From assembly GCA_046730015.1 (NCBI GenBank), contig JBKPHT010000012.1, positions 1-44,039 on the forward strand: a stretch of 44,039 nt of DNA, given 5' to 3'. This DNA is from Actinomycetota bacterium. GTDB lineage: Bacteria; Actinomycetota; Acidimicrobiia; Acidimicrobiales; VFJN01. The position numbers and the translations under genes are program-made. This document shows positions 19,204-28,419 of the stretch, piece by piece (positions within the stretch are counted from its first letter, which is position 1; every line of letters begins with the position of its first letter). Below the pieces are notes generated by a model, which worked only from the letters and a program-made list of their open reading frames with translations, did not search any database and was not told where the DNA came from.

Positions 19204-19216
19204 GGGTCTCGCTCTA

Positions 19217-20581
19217 TCAACCGGAACGGCAGGGGTGCCGGTGGGGCCCGCCCCCCCGGGTCCCAGTCCTGGTTGCCGCTGTGGTCGTCGGTGCCGATGT
19301 CGCGTCAGGATGTGTGAGCACGATCGCTTCACGGTCGCCGAGCGTGACCGAGGTGACGCGCTGTCCCGATGGCGTCCGCATCGGCGCATCGAGCCGGATC
19401 GTGACCCGGTCCCCGCCGGGTTCGTTCAGGAGAACGATGCCCTCGGTGAAGTCGCGGCGAATGAGGTTCTCGTCAACGTAGCGGGGGCCCAGCGCACGCC
19501 CCAGGTTCGTGGTGAAGCCGCTCCAGAAGCCAGGGGGGCTGATGAGGTCCCAGTCCTCGGTGCTGACGAGATCGTGGCCGTTACTCGCGAGCAGGCCTGC
19601 AGCGAGATTGAACCACTGTTCCTTGATCGTGGAGGCCGTTTCGTCCAGCAGCAGCACGTTGGCTCCGAGCGCATGCACGCTGTCGATGTAATCGAGGAAC
19701 GTCCGCATTCCAAATCTGCTCGTGCCCTTGACGAGTCCCGGATCTGTGGCACCGCGCTCAAGCATCAAGTAGTCAGCGGCGGCAATCTGCCGCGACAGGT
19801 AAGGGTTGTCGTTCTGAGGAGGCTCGGCGTACCAGATGACGTTGTGCATGATCTTCAGATCAGGAAATGCTGATCTGATCATCTCGACGAACTCTGCCAT
19901 GTAGCGCTGCCAGTCCTCGAGGGTTAGACCGGCACCGGTTCGCGGGTCGATCGGCGCGATGTCGTCTCCCTTTTGGTCGCTGAAACGCCAGTCGAGGTTC
20001 ACGTCGTCCAGCATCAAGCCCGGATATCCGCGTCGCACGAGCGTGGCGATGTCGTCGAGCATCGCCTGCCGGAATTCCGGGTTGCCGACATCAGCGGCGT
20101 ATTGTGGACAGCGGTTCGTGCAGCCGAACGGTATGTAGACGGGGTCACCGTCTGCGTCTCTCAGGATCCACTCGGGGTGCTTGATGGACCTGGTGTCCTG
20201 CGAGGTGTTGACCTTGATGGAATAGGCATTCCGCGAAACAAACACGCGGTTGAAATCGTCGAGACGCGAGTCCCAGTAGGGCTCCCACACCACCATGCTG
20301 TCGTAGGTCTTGTTCATCCAGGACCAATAGCGCCCTGCGGTCCATTGATCGAATTCGGACTTGGCGTTGACCAGAACACCCATGCGGCCCTCGTCGTCGC
20401 TTTCACCGAGAGTCGTCGCGCCGGCGCCTGGGCTGTCCGACCCGACGGTCGACGGATCAGCGTGATCGACCCCGACATGGCCGGCGGTGCCCTCTTCCGG
20501 CTCGGCTCGGCCCGATCCGCAGGCTGTCAGTCCGAGTACCGCGAGGAGAAGACCCGTTAGGGTCGGTCGAACTGTCCGCAC
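19217..20581 (-). CDS. Putative glycoside hydrolase lipoprotein, paralogue of 720-2060
   Basis: Lipobox-like LLLAVLGLTA-C; shared motifs HPEWIL, GC...CPQYAAD, LDD.NL, DWQRY.AEF, HN.IWYA, IRRDF..GIV; start approximate. Confidence 0.75.
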   Translation of the reverse strand: MRTVRPTLTGLLLAVLGLTACGSGRAEPEEGTAGHVGVDHADPSTVGSDSPGAGATTLGESDDEGRMGVLVNAKSEFDQWTAGRYWSWMNKTYDSMVVWEPYWDSRLDDFNRVFVSRNAYSIKVNTSQDTRSIKHPEWILRDADGDPVYIPFGCTNRCPQYAADVGNPEFRQAMLDDIATLVRRGYPGLMLDDVNLDWRFSDQKGDDIAPIDPRTGAGLTLEDWQRYMAEFVEMIRSAFPDLKIMHNVIWYAEPPQNDNPYLSRQIAAADYLMLERGATDPGLVKGTSRFGMRTFLDYIDSVHALGANVLLLDETASTIKEQWFNLAAGLLASNGHDLVSTEDWDLISPPGFWSGFTTNLGRALGPRYVDENLIRRDFTEGIVLLNEPGGDRVTIRLDAPMRTPSGQRVTSVTLGDREAIVLTHPDATSAPTTTAATRTGTRGGGPHRHPCRSG

Positions 20582-20722
20582 AGCAGAAGTCTGGCGGTTG
20601 GATCGGGTAGTGTCGTGGGCATTGCACCGTGGCGCAAGGTGGCTGAACACGCCACAACCAGTACGGCGTTGCCGCCTGTCCGAGGAGAGATCGATGTTGT
20701 CGTCACCGACTCTACACCTAGC

Positions 20723-21251
20723 TGTTCCTCTCATAGAGGTTGGTGACGCGGTAGGGGTCCACCAACGCGAAGACCTCCGGTTGTAGGTGTGCAGGTGTCC
20801 AAGCCAGCACCTCCCAGAGGTCCTCGTGAGCCACCGTAACGACCCGCTGACCCCGCAGGGACGACTGCTGTTGTGTCGCCGGATCGAGGCCGGCACCCCG
20901 ATTGCGCATGTGGCCGCAGCGGTGGGGATCTCGCGCCGTGCGCGTCGAAGTGGTGGCATCGTTACCTCGAGCTGGGCACGCACGGTGTCTGTGACCGCTC
21001 CAGTCGCCCGCGGCGCTCGCCCCGGCGGGGTCGCCGAGCGGGTCGAGGCCAAGATCTGCTGGCATCGCCGGGTTGAGAAGGTCGGCCCGGACCGTTTGGC
21101 GATCCATCTCGACCTGCCGGCCTCGACGATCTACCGGGTCTTGGTCCGCCACGACCTCAACCGGCTCTCCCACATGGACCGCCCCACCGCGGCGCCGATC
21201 CGCCGCTACGAACCGTCCCGGCCCGGCGAACTGGTCCATGTCGACATGAAG
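20723..21251 (+). mobile_element. IS481-family element, frameshifted and 3'-truncated
   Basis: Left end TGTTCCTCTCATAGAGGTTGGTGAC; transposase from GTG 20826 (SHRN.PLTPQGR); CASKWWHRY...DRSSRP lies in another frame; ends at RYE..RPGELVHVDMK, so most of the DDE domain is missing. Confidence 0.9.
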
Positions 21252-21304
21252 AGTGAATCGGCCGTACGCGGTGGTACCGTCGGTCCTCCGACGGAGTAGA
21301 TGAC

Positions 21305-22948
21305 GTGACCGACGGCGACGACCTCCATCTCGACGATTATCTCGGCATCGCCCGCCGTCGTTGGCGTTGGCTGGTCACGGTGCCGGTAGCGAGCCTAGCG
21401 CTCGGAGCGCTGTTCAGCATTACGCGCGAAAGGGTCTATGAGGCCAAGACCGAGGTCCTCATCCTCACCGATTCGTCAAGATCTCTCTTCTCGGCCAGTC
21501 CAGCAATGGCTGAGCGCTTCGGCCGAAACCCGGTGAGCGAGCTGCAGTATCTCTCTAGCGACGAGTTTCGCGAATCGGTCGCTCCGGTGGAACCGGGTTT
21601 CGACGTCGACTACGAGCTCGTAGTGACGAATGCTGGACAGGACGATTTGGACAGCGATCTCCTCGCCTTCACTGCACGGGGTCCGGACGCCGCTAAGGCC
21701 GCCGGCATCGCAACTCGCTATGCGGAGACCTACATCTCCGAACGTCATGACCACGACGTCGAGGCCAACGCAAGGAGCCGAGAACGGGCCACCGCGCGTC
21801 TCGACGCGCTCGAGCAAGAGCTAGTTGGGGCCCAGGACAAGATCGCCGGATCGCGTCAGGAACTCGGGGACGCAAACGATGAGCAGCAGAGCGCTGCGCT
21901 TGCTGTCGCCGAACAGGAATTCCTAACGCGCTCGCAGGTCCTCACCGGTGCTATCGAGGACACGCGCCAAGAGCTGGCGACATCGATCCAGCTCGAGACA
22001 GAGCTGGACGAACCCAACGCCCTCGCCCGTATCATCAACGACGCGGCGATACCGTCGGCGCCAAGCGCCCCCAACGTGTCACGTAACATGATTCTGGCCT
22101 TGGTCGCGGGACTGGTCGTGGGAGTCGGCGCGGCCGTCAGCCGGGACCTGTTCGATCGCAAGGCGCGTGACGGCGTTGCCCTGGCACGAGAACTCGATGT
22201 CCCGTTGCTCGGTGAGATCCGTCATCGAGAGGGTCGGAGACCTGTGGTAAACGGCGGATCTCATGCGGACGGCGACGACTTCGAACCCTATCGAGGCGTC
22301 TCCAACTCCATCTGGCTGAACAGCCCTGAGGAAGCTCCTCGGACCTTAGCGATCACCTCCGAACGACCGACGTCAGGACGGACCACTGCTGCGGTCAGGC
22401 TCGCGCAGCTCGAGGCATCTCGCGGTCTGGACGTGTTGATCGTGGACGCTGACACGCTCGATCCTTCAGTTGCCGGCCGACTTGGCCTGCAGCGACCGAA
22501 CATCCAACTCGGCGAGGCCATGGAGCCCTCGGCCGACGCGCCCGGCATGATCGACGCCCAGCCGGGGATCGCGGCCGGGACCGTCCAAACCGGAACTCCG
22601 CGGTTGGATTATGCCGAGGTCTCCGGGGATCGCTTCGAGCACGACCTCCGCTCTGGAGCGTTCCATGATCTGGTGAAAGACATCCGGGTACTATATGACC
22701 TCGTGGTCTTCGATATACCTGCAGTTCACGGTGGTCGAGATCCGCGGCCGGCGGCCGGAGTGGTCGACGCCACAATCCTCACGTACGATCCGTCCGTCTC
22801 GCGTACTGTGGACGTCAAGAACTCGATCGAATCCCTTCGTGAGGCCCGAGTCAACGTCATCGGGCTCGTCTCGATTGAGGTGGGGCGCCGGAAGGGAATC
22901 AGCGCTAGGTTCCGTCAAGCGCGCCGCAGTATCGGGAGGCGCTCCTGA
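21305..22948 (+). CDS. Polysaccharide co-polymerase / Wzc-like protein (Wzz domain + coiled coil + degenerate BY-kinase domain)
   Basis: LDDYLGIARRRW + TM, coiled coil, PSAPN..RN + TM, LDVPLLG, ITSERPTSGRTT, IVDAD, YDLVVFDIP. Confidence 0.88.
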   Translation: MTDGDDLHLDDYLGIARRRWRWLVTVPVASLALGALFSITRERVYEAKTEVLILTDSSRSLFSASPAMAERFGRNPVSELQYLSSDEFRESVAPVEPGFDVDYELVVTNAGQDDLDSDLLAFTARGPDAAKAAGIATRYAETYISERHDHDVEANARSRERATARLDALEQELVGAQDKIAGSRQELGDANDEQQSAALAVAEQEFLTRSQVLTGAIEDTRQELATSIQLETELDEPNALARIINDAAIPSAPSAPNVSRNMILALVAGLVVGVGAAVSRDLFDRKARDGVALARELDVPLLGEIRHREGRRPVVNGGSHADGDDFEPYRGVSNSIWLNSPEEAPRTLAITSERPTSGRTTAAVRLAQLEASRGLDVLIVDADTLDPSVAGRLGLQRPNIQLGEAMEPSADAPGMIDAQPGIAAGTVQTGTPRLDYAEVSGDRFEHDLRSGAFHDLVKDIRVLYDLVVFDIPAVHGGRDPRPAAGVVDATILTYDPSVSRTVDVKNSIESLREARVNVIGLVSIEVGRRKGISARFRQARRSIGRRS

Positions 22949-23175
22949 CGTCGCGGTAGGGGTCGCCCAGGGCCCAGCCGTGCTCGGCGGCGGCCTGCTC
23001 GTTATCGGCGTGCTGCTCCTCGGGCGACCGCTCGCGGCCGCTCTTGTCGACGCTGATGCGAGGTACTCCCGGGCGGTCGTCGAGGTCGTGGGGCTCGTGG
23101 CGGCGGTTGCCGTGGTGGTGGTCCTCATGGCCAGGACCGCACCACGCCGGCGAGAAGGACGACGGCTCGGTCGAC

Positions 23176-24069
23176 CTACGAGTCCCGGCGGGCCTTGGGG
23201 GCCGCCGTCCGTACCGCGTCACCGGGTTCTGCACTCTGGGCTGCCGGCGCTGACCGACCGCCGCGAGCCCGGCCTTCTCTTTCTGCCCAATAGCGCGACC
23301 ATCGCCGCTTGAATGACTCCACGTATCGCCGGATCCCCCGTGGTCTCAGCTGTATGACTTTGGGAACCAGTCCGGCGCAGCGCATTTTGTGAATGGTCGC
23401 TTGGTGATCATAGGGCAACTCCCGGTACGCAATCGTCTGACGCTCTGCGTCGAACACGGCGTAGCGAGCCAGCGGTTTTCCGTCGCGCGACTGCCCGACG
23501 GCTCCTGGGTTCACGACATGGGCTATGCCCGGGGTCAACGGCAGCTCGGTCGTTGAACGAACCAGCGAGAAGCCCCGTTCGCGGGAATAGACCGCGGCGT
23601 GATGGGTGTGCCCACACACAAGCATCATGGCACGCGGCCAGCGCTCCTCCAGCTGTCGCAGCGCGCTTTCGGCCCTGACCGTATCGCTGACGTAGGTATC
23701 GGCATTGTCGAGATTGCCGTGACAGACAACGACATGGGGAGTCGCCTCCAGCCATGGAGGCAGCGAGTCAAGGAATGCCCTCGCCCCGGGAGACAGGTTC
23801 TGCCTCGTCCACAGCGCCGCGGTGATCCCGGAATGGACACATCGGGAGAAATCCCGTCGACCGAGGACCATCTCGTCGTGGTTGCCCATGACGCACGGCA
23901 CACCAATCGACCGCAGTCGGTCGATGCACGCCTCCGGATCGGGACCGTAGCCCACGACATCTCCAGCGCACACGATCCTCGCGTCCGGGCTGCGCTCGTC
24001 GATGTCTGCGATCACGGCTTCCAGCGCCTCGAGGTTACCGTGGACGTCCGCGATCAGTGCGAGTCTCAC
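23176..24069 (-). CDS. Calcineurin-like metallophosphoesterase
   Basis: DVHGN, GDVVGYG, GNHD, HG, GHTH, NPGAVGQSRD; GTGA overlap with the upstream ATP-grasp gene. Confidence 0.92.
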   Translation of the reverse strand: MRLALIADVHGNLEALEAVIADIDERSPDARIVCAGDVVGYGPDPEACIDRLRSIGVPCVMGNHDEMVLGRRDFSRCVHSGITAALWTRQNLSPGARAFLDSLPPWLEATPHVVVCHGNLDNADTYVSDTVRAESALRQLEERWPRAMMLVCGHTHHAAVYSRERGFSLVRSTTELPLTPGIAHVVNPGAVGQSRDGKPLARYAVFDAERQTIAYRELPYDHQATIHKMRCAGLVPKVIQLRPRGIRRYVESFKRRWSRYWAEREGRARGGRSAPAAQSAEPGDAVRTAAPKARRDS

Positions 24070-25283
24070 GGGAGGTCAACCACCATCCGACGGTCCTTGG
24101 GGAACATCCTCGTGAGCAGTCGGGTCACGTCCGCAATCATCGGCATGGGATCGCTGATCTGGAAGCCTTCGTTGACGTCGACCGTCAACATCTCGAACAC
24201 CCATCGGGCTCGCGAGAGTTGCCCGGACGCGTGGTACTCACCAAATGCCCTGGCATCGGACATCGGAGCCATCCAGCGGACCCCCTTCTTCGCGGACTTC
24301 ATCGGCTCGACCGTTTCCGGTTCGACACAGTCCCAGAACACTGCCTCCGGGATGCCGACGCCGGCCACGGTCGCTGGATGGTGCCAGAGGTTGAACCGGG
24401 GATTGATCTCGAGCATGTACAGCCGGTTGTCACGTCTGTCCCGCTTGAAGTCGATCTTGAGGACCCCCGAGAAACCGAGGTTCGCGACCGTCGCTCTTCC
24501 GAGGTCTCGGACTTCCCGGTCGTCCGTGATCTCGACATAGGTGGACCTGCCGTAGACCTTCGGCGCGGTGCGGATCTTGCGCCCCGTGAACTCGGCGACG
24601 ATCTCGCCGCTCGGGCGCACGTAGGCGTGGTAGCTGAGAATGTTCTCCTCGCCGCCCTCCACGGATGCTTGGATCAGGAAGCGCGCATTCGAGGCCTCGA
24701 TCTTCGGCAAAAGGCCTTCGAGCTCGCCTCGCGTCTCGATGTGCAGGGCTTTCTGATACCTGCCGATGAACTCGTACCAGTTCTCGGCGCGCCTCGCGGG
24801 CTTGCACACACAGGGGAAGCGGTCCCACTGTTGCAGGGCCTTCGATGCGCCGGCGCCGAGGGGGACGGCCAAGGTATCCGGAACGAGCAGATCGTGCCTC
24901 CTGGCCAGCGCGAAGAACCGCACCTTGTCGGTGAGATCCTCCACCAGCTCGGCGCTGGGCAGCACGAAGCGAAAATGAGGAGCCAGTCTCTCCCGGGCGC
25001 GGGAGATAGCCACCAGGTCGTGATCGCCCTGATAGAAGAGCACGGGAAGCGAGGCTTGCTGCCTGGCCCACTCGATGATCGCCGTCACCGCAGCTTCTGG
25101 TTCACGGAACCAGCTCGGCGTCTTCACCACGATCCGGCAATACCGGGATCGGAGGCACTTCGCGTCGCCATCGCTGGTCGCCACGGCCACGGGCAGCTTC
25201 CGGATCCCCAATGCGCGCACCAGGCTGATGTCGCCGACGACGCAGGCATAGGGAGCTGTGCGAGCGCGAGATCGACTGTTCAT
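24066..25283 (-). CDS. Second ATP-grasp carboxylate-amine ligase
   Basis: SRYC, DKVRF, FPCVCKP, RKIRTAP..YGRST, KIDFKRD, LEINPRF; start at MNSRSR chosen over the low-complexity 5' extension. Confidence 0.88.
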   Translation of the reverse strand: MNSRSRARTAPYACVVGDISLVRALGIRKLPVAVATSDGDAKCLRSRYCRIVVKTPSWFREPEAAVTAIIEWARQQASLPVLFYQGDHDLVAISRARERLAPHFRFVLPSAELVEDLTDKVRFFALARRHDLLVPDTLAVPLGAGASKALQQWDRFPCVCKPARRAENWYEFIGRYQKALHIETRGELEGLLPKIEASNARFLIQASVEGGEENILSYHAYVRPSGEIVAEFTGRKIRTAPKVYGRSTYVEITDDREVRDLGRATVANLGFSGVLKIDFKRDRRDNRLYMLEINPRFNLWHHPATVAGVGIPEAVFWDCVEPETVEPMKSAKKGVRWMAPMSDARAFGEYHASGQLSRARWVFEMLTVDVNEGFQISDPMPMIADVTRLLTRMFPKDRRMVVDLP

Positions 25284-25733
25284 GGCCGTTCCGGGGTGAG
25301 GCAGGGTACCGGGGTTGGCTGGCAGCCCAGCGATTGCCGCCTGCGTGCCGGGCGAGATGGAAGTGTAGAGCGCAGGTTCAAGGGGTCGTCGCAACAGGCC
25401 GGACCCGTCGTTGCGCGTGCTGTTGACCGTCGTGGACACGGGCCGGGCGACCAGCAGCTCGGCCGGGGCGGGCACCAGCAGCTTGCCGAGCGGCTCAGCG
25501 TCGTCGTTGCAGCTCGTTTGGCGACATACCGGCAACAACTACTGGTCAGGATCATGGGCCGGTCCACCCCGGGGCACCGTGGTGCTCGAATCGAAGACGT
25601 GCGAGTGAGTTGCTTACATGCGGCTTGAGGAGCCGCCGGGTCTGTCGCCGATGACGACTGTGGGCCGGTTCGTCGGGCAGCACCCACGAAACTCTGACCC
25701 CTCCCGACCGACTTCCCCAACAGCCGCGGCGCC

Positions 25734-26298
25734 TTAGGGGGGCGGAGGCACGGGGTCCGTCGTCGTGGTGGTCGACGGGATCGTGGTGGTGCGGATCTCG
25801 GTCGTGGTCGTGGCTTCGGTGGTGGTAGTGGTGGTGGTGTCCTGAGTCGTGGGCGGGCTGGCGCTGGGGGTCGGGTTTCCGGTCGTGGACGTTCCGTGGG
25901 ATGTGGTGCCGGTCGTCCCGGTCCCCGGCCCGCTCGTCGCCGTGCCACCCGGCCGTGTGGTCCCGGTGCTCCCGATGGAGGCCACCTCACGGGCGATCAC
26001 CGTCGAGCCGGGCGGCAGGGGGACCAGCACCTCCTCGCCGGTCTCGGTGTCGATGATGCGCACCGTCGGCGGGATCCTCGCCGGGGGCGTCTGGGCCGAC
26101 GCCGCCCGGTACGTCGGTGGCGCCGGCGGCGCGCTGGCGGCGCGGCCGTCGATCATCCGTGTCAGGCCGACGGCGAGCAACACGAGCAACACGAACCCAC
26201 CGGCGACGGCCGTGCCGACCTGCGCCTGAATGCGTCGATCTTCGGGCCCACCTCCGCCCAGCTTCACGCACCCATCATGCACCCGACGCGCCCACATG
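25734..26298 (-). CDS. Membrane-anchored Thr/Pro-rich hypothetical protein
   Basis: One hydrophobic helix (AVAGGFVLLVLLAVGL) followed by a long T/P/G-rich tail; start uncertain. Confidence 0.55.
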
Positions 26299-26345
26299 TC
26301 AGCACCGCGACTCAAGGGGCGCCTTTGATCCTCTTTCAGCCCTGT

Positions 26346-26369
26346 TTCAGGCATAGCTAAAGTTTAGAG
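26346..26369 (+). promoter_or_regulatory. Probable leaderless promoter with ArsR operator
   Basis: Palindrome CTAAA-G-TTTAG (26357-26367) overlaps a TAnnnT -10 box (TAAAGT) just upstream of the ATG; no SD. Confidence 0.5.
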
Positions 26370-26705
26370 ATGGACGCGGTGCGAGCGGTAGCCGAGCCGC
26401 GGCGGCGCGAGATCCTGCGGCTGTGCTGGGACCATGAACGCACCGCGGGCGACATCGCCGGCCAATTCGACGTGACGTTCGGGGCGGTGTCCCAGCACCT
26501 GGCGGTCCTTCGGGAGGCCGGCCTCATCGCCGTCCGCCACGAAGGCACCCGCCGCTGGTACCGGGCCGACCGCCAGGCCCTCGGTCCGCTCGGTGCCTAT
26601 CTCGAGTCGCTGTGGGCGGATCAGCTGGATGCCCTGGCAACCCTCGCCGAACAGGCCGAAGACGCCGAGCACGCTGCGGACCAGGAGGTCCGACGTGACC
26701 CGTGA
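26370..26705 (+). CDS. ArsR/SmtB-family transcriptional regulator
   Basis: AEPRRREILRL...AGDIA..F.VTFGAVSQHLAVLREAGLI...GTRRWY. Confidence 0.92.
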   Translation: MDAVRAVAEPRRREILRLCWDHERTAGDIAGQFDVTFGAVSQHLAVLREAGLIAVRHEGTRRWYRADRQALGPLGAYLESLWADQLDALATLAEQAEDAEHAADQEVRRDP

Positions 26706-27846
26706 CGACGACGCTGGAACCGGCGGCGACGATGCCGTCACGATCGAGCGGTGGATCGACGCCACCCAAGAGACGGTCTTCTCGTTCTTCTCCGATCCCG
26801 GGCGATGGCTGTCGTGGCAGGGAGTCACGGCCGAGATCGACCCCCGCCCGGGCGGGACCTTCCGCATGAACGTGCGAGGCGACGGCTACGCCGCCGGCGA
26901 GTTCGTCCTCATCGACCCCTGCGAACGGATCGTCCTGACCTGGGGCTGGGAGAACGAGGCCGTCGCGGTTCCACCCGGCTCCAGCACGGTCGAGGTGACC
27001 TTCGAGGCCGACCGGGGCGGCACCTTGGTACGGCTCCGACATGCCGGCCTGCCCCCGGACGCTCTCGCTTCCCATAGCCAGGGCTGGGACCACTACGTCA
27101 GCCGGCTCGCGGTGCTGGCCGGCGGAGGCGACCCGGGGCCAGATCCGGCGCTGGTGGCCCCATCGTTCGCGTTCCCGCCCGACACGCTCGCCTTCCTCGA
27201 GGAGCTCCGCCGCGACAACACCAAGGCGTGGTTCGAGGCCAACCGCCCCCGGTACCAGAGCGCGTACGTCGAGGCCGCCAAGGCGTTCGTCGAGGCCGTC
27301 GCGCCGGTGCTGGCCGGCATCGTGCCTGGCATCCGAGCCGAACCCCGGGTGCTGGGGTCGATCTTCCGCATCAACCGCGACACCCGGTTCAGCGCCGACA
27401 AGCGCCCGTACAAGGACCACCTCGACTTCTGGTTCTGGGAAGGCGAGCGCAAGACCGCGGTCTCCGGGCTGTTCGTGCGGATCTCGCCCGACCTCGTCGG
27501 CGTGGGCGCCGGCAGCCACAGCTTCGACAAGGCGGCGCTCGGCCGGTTCCGGGCTGCCGTCATCGACGACGCTGCGCGGGCCGATCTGGCCGACGCGGTC
27601 GAGGGCATCGAGAAGGCGGGTTACCCGGTCGACGGCCAGACCTACAAGCGGGTGCCGGCCGGCTACCCAGTCGACGCCGAGGGGCCCGCGGCCCGGTTCC
27701 TGCGTCATAGCGCCCTGTTCGTCCACCACGACGAACCCGACGACCTCGCCCTCGACGCCGAGCGGCTGTTGCCCGCGCTCGGCGGCCACTGGAGCGCACT
27801 GGCGCCGCTGCACCGCTGGCTCGTGAACCACGTGCAGTTGCGCTGA
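26695..27846 (+). CDS. SRPBCC (AHSA1) domain fused to a DUF2461-like domain
   Basis: N: IERWIDA..ETVF..F.DP...DPRPGG...WGW...S.VEVTF...LRH...GW; C: FL.EL..DNTKAWFEANR..Y, FRINRDTRFSADKRPYK, YKRVP.GY; GTG follows AGGAGG. Confidence 0.85.
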   Translation: MTRDDDAGTGGDDAVTIERWIDATQETVFSFFSDPGRWLSWQGVTAEIDPRPGGTFRMNVRGDGYAAGEFVLIDPCERIVLTWGWENEAVAVPPGSSTVEVTFEADRGGTLVRLRHAGLPPDALASHSQGWDHYVSRLAVLAGGGDPGPDPALVAPSFAFPPDTLAFLEELRRDNTKAWFEANRPRYQSAYVEAAKAFVEAVAPVLAGIVPGIRAEPRVLGSIFRINRDTRFSADKRPYKDHLDFWFWEGERKTAVSGLFVRISPDLVGVGAGSHSFDKAALGRFRAAVIDDAARADLADAVEGIEKAGYPVDGQTYKRVPAGYPVDAEGPAARFLRHSALFVHHDEPDDLALDAERLLPALGGHWSALAPLHRWLVNHVQLR

Positions 27847-27867
27847 CCAACCTTGGAGGTGTCGATC

Positions 27868-28227
27868 GTGGAGATGCCCAAGCCCACCGAGGCCGACAAG
27901 GAGCTCTTCCGCTCGCTGGTGCCCGACGATCCCCGCGTCGAGGTCAAGCCGATGTTCGGCAACCTCGGCGCGTTCGTGAACGGCAACATGTTCATGGGCC
28001 TGTTCGGCGCCGACGTCGGCGTCAAGCTGCCCGACGCCGACCGCGAGGCGCTGCTCGCCGAGGAGGGGGCCGGGCCCTACGGACCGAAAGAGCGCCCGAT
28101 GGGCGGCTACGTCACGCTGCCGGCCGCCTGGCACGCGGCACCGGCCAACGCCGAGCCCTGGATCTCCAAGGCACTCGACCACGTCGGCTCGCTGCCCGCC
28201 AAGCCGAAGAAGTCGAAGAAGAGCTAG
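27868..28227 (+). CDS. TfoX/Sxy N-terminal-domain protein
   Basis: KPMFG..GAFVNGNMF, RPMGGYV.LP, W...A..HV..LP.K; SD GGAGG at 27855. Confidence 0.82.
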   Translation: MEMPKPTEADKELFRSLVPDDPRVEVKPMFGNLGAFVNGNMFMGLFGADVGVKLPDADREALLAEEGAGPYGPKERPMGGYVTLPAAWHAAPANAEPWISKALDHVGSLPAKPKKSKKS

Positions 28228-28240
28228 CCGCTCCGGTCCT

Positions 28241-28263
28241 GGGCGGGTTGCGGCCGCCCGCCC
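28241..28263 (+). terminator. GC-rich hairpin after the TfoX-like gene
   Basis: GGGCGGG...CCCGCCC inverted repeat shortly after the stop; no U-tract. Confidence 0.4.
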
Positions 28264-28294
28264 CGGGGGACGGCGAACGGCTACGGTTCGTGCC

Positions 28295-28419
28295 GGCGAT
28301 CCAGGACGCCACCGGTTCGCGGAGAGGGCCCAGCCCACCTGGTGCGAAGCGCGGAGACCAGAGCACCGCTTCCCTCCGGCCCGGTCGTGCGGACATCGGG
28401 CACTCGGAGAGGAGGCCGC
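28295..28419 (+). ncRNA. Candidate structured cis-regulatory leader of the ankyrin gene
   Basis: Alternative pairings GGTGC/GCACC and GAAGCG/CGCTTC, hairpin CCCGGT/ATCGGG, and CCTCC complementary to the SD; no family assigned. Confidence 0.4.

Larger units (their letters stand above)
77..25730. mobile_element. Degenerate genomic island at tRNA-Lys carrying a phosphonate/polysaccharide cluster
   Basis: Abuts the tRNA 3' end; integrase remnant first; two IS relics; visibly more A/T-ending codons than the genes after about 25.7 kb. No attR copy found, so the right boundary is approximate. Confidence 0.75.

Noticed and set aside
19217-21052. 611-aa version of the second hydrolase, and similar 5' extensions of ORFs at 8543, 9349, 24066, 39165, 40154 and 42245
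   Set aside because: The extensions run through IS DNA or neighbouring genes; internal starts with an SD, signal peptide or stop/start overlap fit better.
22949-23312. Possible small two-helix membrane protein after the wzc-like gene
   Set aside because: Hydrophobic stretches are present, but there is no clear start or SD and it overlaps the convergent phosphoesterase 3' end; cannot be supported.
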